From positions 24,055,504-24,119,503 of the forward strand of contig OZ037765.1 in NCBI GenBank assembly GCA_964035545.1: a stretch of DNA of 64,000 nt, given 5' to 3'. Positions 57,201 to 64,000 of the stretch are shown piece by piece; within the stretch, counting starts at the first letter, position 1, and every line of letters begins with the position of its first letter. The notes beneath the pieces are model-generated. The model saw nothing but the letters and a program-made list of their open reading frames with translations. It searched no databases and was not told the origin of the DNA. Position numbers and translations under genes: made by a program. Origin of the DNA: Bugula neritina. Its lineage: Eukaryota > Animalia > Bryozoa.

Positions 57201-60062
57201 ATCCCATTAAATTTGGCCATTTTGTCCCTATACACACATGCATCGGCCACAAAGCAGGGGTCCAACCCTTCTAGTGACCTATGGTATTTCGTGAGAATGG
57301 GAACCGTGAGATACAGAGGAAGCACTGTGATTATAATAACGAATGTTAGAAATAATATACATATGCGAACAGGTCACGCGAAGATACCGTCAGATGTATA
57401 GTTGCTAATCTCATTGATGAATCGTGTGAAGTATTATCTGATGAGCTGACTAAGGGCACTTCAGATCAGGATACTGTGGATGAGGACAATATTGGTGAAG
57501 GCTGGCAGCACTGGCTACCTGACCCTGTTGATGCCAACCCTGGTACTAAAATTCAGCCATTTTGAACTTATATAGGACAATGTTAATTGCAGCTTCTTGT
57601 TATCTGATTTATTAATCTTTGTCATAAAGTTTTTATTTTGTAATTTGAATTCATATTACTAATAGTTGCAACTTGTCTTGAGCTGAAATATTTAGTAAAA
57701 TCAAAATACACTTGAGGGGTCATCTTTTTCTGGTATGAATACTACTGGCATAGTATTAAGTATATAATATGGTGTACACAATTAGTTCTATCGTAGATGT
57801 ATCATCCAAGGCCCGTAGATCCACAGACATAATCAATATGTTGGTGAATATTTACGGAACTAAAGAACTGTTTATCAAAGAATACTGGAATCTGCTGGCT
57901 GATCGTCTCCTCTCTAACCTCTCGTATACTACTATGTGGGAGATACGCTACTTTGAACTGCTGAAAATCAGGTCACATTTATAGCTTTTCATTTATTCAT
58001 TTATTCATTTATACTTGCTTTTAATATACACTGTATGGCTGGTCTGCCATTCATTAAATGTGCCCAGTCTTCTCATTATAATAAGTGAAACATGTCACTT
58101 CCAAGACCGCATTTTATTTAAATTTTAATCTTCATATTGCAAATGCTTAATTGGAAATTTGTTAATATAATGAAATTTAAATAAAAAGATGAATGAATGT
58201 TATTAGTAAAAGCTAATATTTATGAACAGATTTGGTGAGACTGACCTCTTGAAGTGTGAGGTCATGTTGAAGGATGTCACAGATTCTAAGAGACTCAACA
58301 CGTGGATCAATGAGGAGCTTCAGAAAACCAACAACGAGTTACCGGTAATTATATAGCTCAAGTGCTTATGCTGTTCCATAGTAGTATGTAATTCTTATAC
58401 ATATATTGATTACTCAACCATGGATAACTTTGTTGCTTTCAATATTAATGAATCTCTGACTATTTGAATCCGATCAATTAAATTTAGAGTCAGAAGCTTT
58501 TAACAAAGTGAAATAATACTTTTTGATTTTTTCGAGTGTAAGATTTTTGGTCAAATTTGTTAAAATTATTTGCTACAAAATTTCATTTTTAACTTTGCTA
58601 TGTGTCAATTTTGTAATAGTTTCAGATGAATGCTTTAATGTTGTCAGCCCAATATTGGCCAACATTTAGAGAGGAGCCAATAGAATTACCTGCTGAAATG
58701 AAGGATGCGTTAACTAGTTATACTAAAGCTTACGAAACTACCAAAGTGAATCGTACGTTAAAATGGCAACCCCACATTGGTAAGGGACTTCAGTTGTATG
58801 TATTTGCTCACATAATAACTGCTGTTCAACTTGTTCAATGGAATTCATGCTGCCAATGTGTAATTCTTCAGAGTTTTAGTGTTTATTGATGTTTCAGTGC
58901 CTAGTTTTACTTCTCATCTTTGGAAAAGTTTAGAGTCAATTTTTAATGCGTTGACCTGTAAATTTTTAAAATATACTGCTCAAATTTTAGGACAAGTGGA
59001 AGTTGATATTGAGATGGACTCTGGTAATACAGTCACCTTCAAAACATCTCCTGTAAATGTAGCCATTATTATGGCATTTCAGGAACAAGGTATGAAAGGA
59101 AAGACACTATATTTTTATGTCAACAAAATGTAGTATACTTCAATTATTTTGCCTTGGGAGAGATATTTTTCTTATGAAATGAATTCCTGAATTGATATCA
59201 TTTTAAAAATATCGTTAACTCTAAGCAGTGGACTTTGCTGTTAGTTATTTCCATAATTTGCTATAGATTATAGATATTTGATTAAGTTATATACTAATTT
59301 TGACTTAGAGAGATTGTTCATGCAGTTTATTGTTTGTAGGAATGTATACTGTGGAAGAGTTGGCTGAAAAGCTGCAAACCTCTGCATCTGTGATTAGGCG
59401 TAGAATATCGTACTGGCAGTCACATGGCGTTCTGAAGGAAATCTCTCACGACGTTTATGAGCTCAACAAAGATTCTTCGACTTCTATGATTCATGAACCA
59501 ATTGAAGAGGAAGTGCTTGAATCGGCTACAGCCTCATCGGAGCAGCAAAAAGAGCAAGAGTTTCAAGTGTGTAGTGGATATAATTTAGTCTTCAGACGTG
59601 TTCTGTTATACTGATAGTCTCCAAGGAACCAAAAAATATAATATCCCAAGTATTTACTGTCATTCGTGACTGCTTCTAAGTTGTGGTTATTTAATAGCTG
59701 TTTCCTTGTGTTTTTTAAACTCTATCAATACATATCTATAAAGTTTTCAGAAAACTATTTGACTGATACAAATTGTTGCTAACTAAATATGCTAGTTTAT
59801 ATTATATTGTTTTTGTCTTTCTGTTTAATGCAATTTGTCTGATAAAATTATTATGTTATGTTTGTCACTTTAGGTAATGTGGTCGTATATTAATGGAATG
59901 CTGACAAACTCAGACTCCTTACCTCTGGAGAGAATTCATTCTATGCTGAAGATATTTGCCAATGCCGAATGCACTGTGCATGAGTTAGAAAGATTTCTGA
60001 GTAAAAAAATTCGCGAAGGAAAAGTTGTGTGTGCTGCTGGGGTCTATAAGTTAGCTAGTTGA
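54299..60062 (+). CDS. ANAPC2: Anaphase-promoting complex subunit 2 (cullin-homology and C-terminal WHB domains), about 14 exons
   Basis: Motifs IIDYPDSRP, RILHPGVTTTDILTAYI, LDPS, YLRSREDTVRCIV, WLPDPVDA, DIINMLVNIYGTKELFIKEY, LADRLL, ELLKIRFGE, CEVMLKD, LSAQYWP and WSYINGMLTNSDSLPLERIHSMLK. First exon MDLEEAWNFVENLLQA at 54299-54346. Confidence 0.95.
57127..57327. mobile_element. MITE, Tc1/mariner-like, in an ANAPC2 intron
   Basis: Imperfect ~28-bp terminal inverted repeats (CAGTGCATCTCACTAATCTGCCGGTCCC and GGGAACCGTGAGATACAGAGGAAGCACTG), TA on the left flank, about 200 bp, non-coding. Confidence 0.6.
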
Positions 60063-60364
60063 TGCAAATCTGATGGACTTGTGTGCATAGTGAGGCTTAT
60101 GACAATGTGCATACTGTACTTGATGAAATTTTTTAAACATTTAAGCCCTTTTTGAGATGTTGTAAAAATATGACTGTTCGATGGATATTATCAATTGTAA
60201 ATACATTATATTCCCACAAACGAATAAACTATCTCAGAGTTACATAAGCTGTGCATCATTTTAGTGTACTTCTATTTCCAAGCATAATTTCAAACTATTA
60301 TGTGAGAATTTGTTATTTCATAAAGTTATCCAACCGATAAAAACTGTTCCTACTAAAATCTCAG

Positions 60365-60525
60365 GACAAGTGGAAGTTGATATTGAGATAAACTCTGGTA
60401 ACACAGTCACTTTCGTAACATTTTCTGTAAATGTAGCTATTATTATGGTATTTGGTTTATTCTTGCCTAAATCAAAATCTCCTCATTTTAGAATTAATTT
60501 TGGTAAAAGTAAAGCAAGGTGGTAA
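60365..60525 (+). other. Diverged duplicate of ANAPC2 exon 58991-59088 downstream of the stop codon; possible alternative terminal exon or pseudo-exon
   Basis: 60365-60453 aligns without gaps to 58991-59079 (GQVEVDIEINSGNTVTFVTFSVNVAIIMVF vs GQVEVDIEMDSGNTVTFKTSPVNVAIIMAF). The AG acceptor is retained and the frame is open to TAA at 60523-60525. Confidence 0.85.
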
Positions 60526-61849
60526 AGGTAAAGCTTTTAGGCTTAGTAAGTCAATAATAAAACTTACTAAAATAGTTACAATGAGACCTCTACCACAACT
60601 CTAGTCTAAAACTGGCTGCTTATAAAGCAACTAGCTGGAATATCTAATTTTTTGTTGTCTTGTCAGATTTAAAGCCACAGATTTATTGCTATAGATTCAC
60701 TAAAGTATTATATAGCAACAAATGTTTTGTGTGCTACATCATCTAATTTCTCTGCAGCATTAGTTAGAGCTCAATAATGTTGCCCATGTATTGAATGCTG
60801 AGCTTGTATTCTATCTTTTTATAATCATCTTGCTATTTCCACGCATTGTACCTATACAAATATAATCGTAATAATTATAAAGAAGCACTTACAAAGGTTA
60901 TCTATCAAAATACAGGACATTCACTTAATTGCCATGAAGATGAAATACATCCTTCCAAACAGACTTTTAGCCTAAGGATTGTAGAATTTTACCTATTAAC
61001 TATGCCATACACAAAACTTTAATCTTACCTTTATGCCAAGTATCGGAGCTCTAGCTATATGATGGGTAATTAAAGAGAGAGCTTTCTGAACTGATGTGGC
61101 AACTTTGGAATTCCCATCTCTTATGCACTAGAGTTTGTCCTGATCAGATGCAACTGAAGGGAAGAAGCTTCTTTAAACAACACTATCTGGTAGTAGCTTA
61201 CAATAACAACACCAATGTAACATAATATACTTACAAGTACATAGAACATAAAATTATTATATAATATACCCAGATATCTAGAATTTGATTGCTTGCATAC
61301 TTTGTGTTGTGTTGAGTACTTAGCATGTAGGCTTATTTGAAAACCCCCAGTACCCACTATTTAACTTCTAAAATTTATAAGGAGTTATGGTTTTAAACAA
61401 AAAATTCAATGTTCAGTCAGTTTTTCTAAAGAGTGTCCATGAAACAATGGCCTGAGAACTCATTGATGTTTGTGTCTTCGAATTATACTAATACATTATA
61501 CATTATGCTTAATAATATATACATTATAATAGCTCCAAAGTTCAAGGTATAACATCATGTATATAATATTATAATATTATGAGCTTTGTGAAAACTTGAT
61601 TGGTCTCTGCAAATGCAGAGTAGGAGCGACAACTCCATAGTTTTATCAACGACTTAGGTAGACTAACTTAATTCCGGTATTAATACTGATAACCTTATAA
61701 TAATATTATGTAATTATTGATCTAACACGTGGTACATCCAGAGGAAAATACTATTGCCATTGGACTTATAATTAATGCTATGAAAAAACTTAAGTTCAGC
61801 GAAGATTAGTTTTAGATAAGAAAGTAATTCCAAGACAGAAGATTTATAC

Positions 61850-62442
61850 TTGGAGAATAGTATTACTATTAGTAGTAATACTAATACAGTATTAGTATTA
61901 CTAATAGGTGGAATCACTTTCACTTTGACTTTGTGTTTGACGACAAACTTCATTACTCATTAGTCATTACTCATTAGTCATTTAGTTTTACTGATTTAGT
62001 TTTACTGATTCAGATTGTGATACACTCATACTGATACTGATAGTCATACTCATAGTGATTACATATACTTTTAGTTTTACTCAATCTGAATCTCAGCCTG
62101 ATAGTGATACTCATATTGATAATGCTAGTGATACTCACTCTTACTCTTACTCTTAGTCTTAGTAATATTCATATTGCTACTCAATAACTATAACTATAAG
62201 TATTAGTATAACTATAAGTATCAATATCAGTATGAGTATTAGTATAACTATAAGTATAAGTAACTCATACTCATACGGATGGTGATTTATCATAATCATA
62301 ATGATTTACTGATAATGCTAATCTAATGATTTACAATTAGTATTACTGAATTAGTATTACTGGTAGATTACTCATTTACTCATTTAATCATTAAACCAAT
62401 AGTACTAGTAGTACTCTAGTATTACTAATACTACTAGTACTA

Positions 62443-62483
<41 letters not shown>

Positions 62484-62870
62484 GTACTACTACTACTACT
62501 ATTACTACTACTACTACTACTAGTAGTAGTAGTACTAGTAGTAGTAATAGTAGTACTAGTAGTAGTAGTACTAGTATAAGTATTTAGTATAACCCTTAGA
62601 CTACTCTAACTCTAAGTTTATAAGCTTGCACTATTAGTATAAATGTATTACTATTAGTATTAGTAATACTAATACTAATAGTGATACTGGATTACTATTA
62701 GTATTACTACTAGTAGTAGTACTAATATTACTATTACTATTACTATTAGTTTTAGTATTACTTTATTACTTAGTCTTATAGTTATACCAATCGTTACTGA
62801 TAATACTATAATGATAGAGAATAATTAATAGTAAATGTAATACTAGTAATAATACTAGTAGTAATTCTAC
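61850..62870. repeat. Degenerate hexamer/(TAC)n-(TAG)n tract
   Basis: Visible periodicity. A (CTA)n run at ~62445-62520 flips to (TAG)n at ~62521-62575. Confidence 0.9.
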
Positions 62871-64000
62871 TAAAAAGATTGATTTCCTAAACTAAAATCG
62901 CCTTTTTGTCAGTGTCTTTTACTAGCCAGCAACTACTCCAGAATTGCTAATAGCTCTTAAGTTTTATGAAATCATCTGTGTTGATTTTGTCAAACCAAAA
63001 CTTAGTTTTGACTTCTCTGGTTTAAAGAGCAAAGCACTTGATATGGCATAAACTATTTTGTAAGTTTAAATCTTCAAGGTGGGGGATTAAGTTTTAGATC
63101 AAAGATTTTACACGCAAGTAGGCTAAGACTCTGACTTGAAACTCTAATAACAACATTCAATACTTGCTCAGCTATTTTATTATAGCAAAGAATTTCACTC
63201 TGCGAAGTTGGAGCAGTTTTTTCCTAATTAGTTTTATGTAAATTATGCTTTGTTATTGACTTGTGAATTGAGTTAAAGGATTGAAATTTATAAAAACTGA
63301 TCTGATGCTAATTCTAATCCATTAGTTTCATTTTCTTATTAAGTTATAACCACAAATATTTTGTTGAACTCATGATGCACGTATTGTTGTAGAAGATTTT
63401 TTGTGACTTGCGTAGTACTTTTTGGTGTTGTTAAGAAGATAGAAATGTGTGCATAAGGGAATAAATTCTATGTTAAAGAAGTCAAGATGAAATTTAGATG
63501 GATTGTAAAAAGTTAAATGATGCTTTTTTAGCATTTTTACTCTCTGTATTGCATGCTATGTGTCCACAGTTGTGTTGGGAAGCTCTCAAAGTTTTTAATG
63601 ATACTCATAAGTGCTAAATGACTTACAACCTTGGAACACTTTTTAAAGTTTACAGGCTCTATAATATTCTCAGACTATTCTGTCTATTCTGTGCTGAGTC
63701 AACCAAGTTGATTTTACTCCAACTTTAATAACTTACTGACTATAGAATAGCGATTGTTTAAAGTTGCATATGTGTGAAGTATTAATCATTTCAACTCAGA
63801 GCAATAGCAACAAACTTATACAACTCAATATTTTTCTTTACTTTTAGCATTCAACTAAATATAGAAGTCATTGTGCGACTGGTGAGAGATGTCATATAGC
63901 ACAGGGCTATGCTATGGCAGTATCAGCTTGTTCTCCACCATTCTTCACAACATATTCATCCTCTATCACTTTGACATGTTCATGTCTGTGTATAGAATTG

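Noticed and set aside
60620-61130. Resemblance of GIK|VQCVEIAR to ribosomal protein uS3
   Set aside because: It needs an unverified splice and read-through of several stops. The match is too short to distinguish from chance.

Overview
AT-rich, intron-containing animal (invertebrate) genomic DNA with compact GT-AG genes; no prokaryotic features, CRISPR arrays or rRNA/tRNA genes were seen. In order: the 5' part of an Mxd/Mxi1 (Mad) gene (-, runs off the left edge); an RNI-like leucine-rich-repeat gene (-); MRM2/FTSJ2 (+); a large uncharacterised coiled-coil gene with TSNAXIP1-like features (-); a bicistronic MOCS2 locus (MOCS2A and MOCS2B, +); a Scratch-type Snail-family zinc-finger gene (+); PCIF1/CAPAM (-); a divergent BNIP3/NIX-like gene (+); and ANAPC2 (+) with a duplicated exon just past its stop codon. 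Mobile DNA: a young 5'-truncated LINE with a 14-bp target-site duplication, decayed RTE and R4-like LINE remnants, two copies of a tRNA-derived SINE, a Tc1/mariner-type MITE and a fold-back element. The most unusual feature is architectural. Degenerate 3/6-bp-period tracts that switch orientation lie just inside the 5' end of nearly every presumed housekeeping gene, but not the two presumed tissue-restricted genes. Gene models were built by manual translation and splice-site reading, and family calls come from recalled motifs, not database searches.
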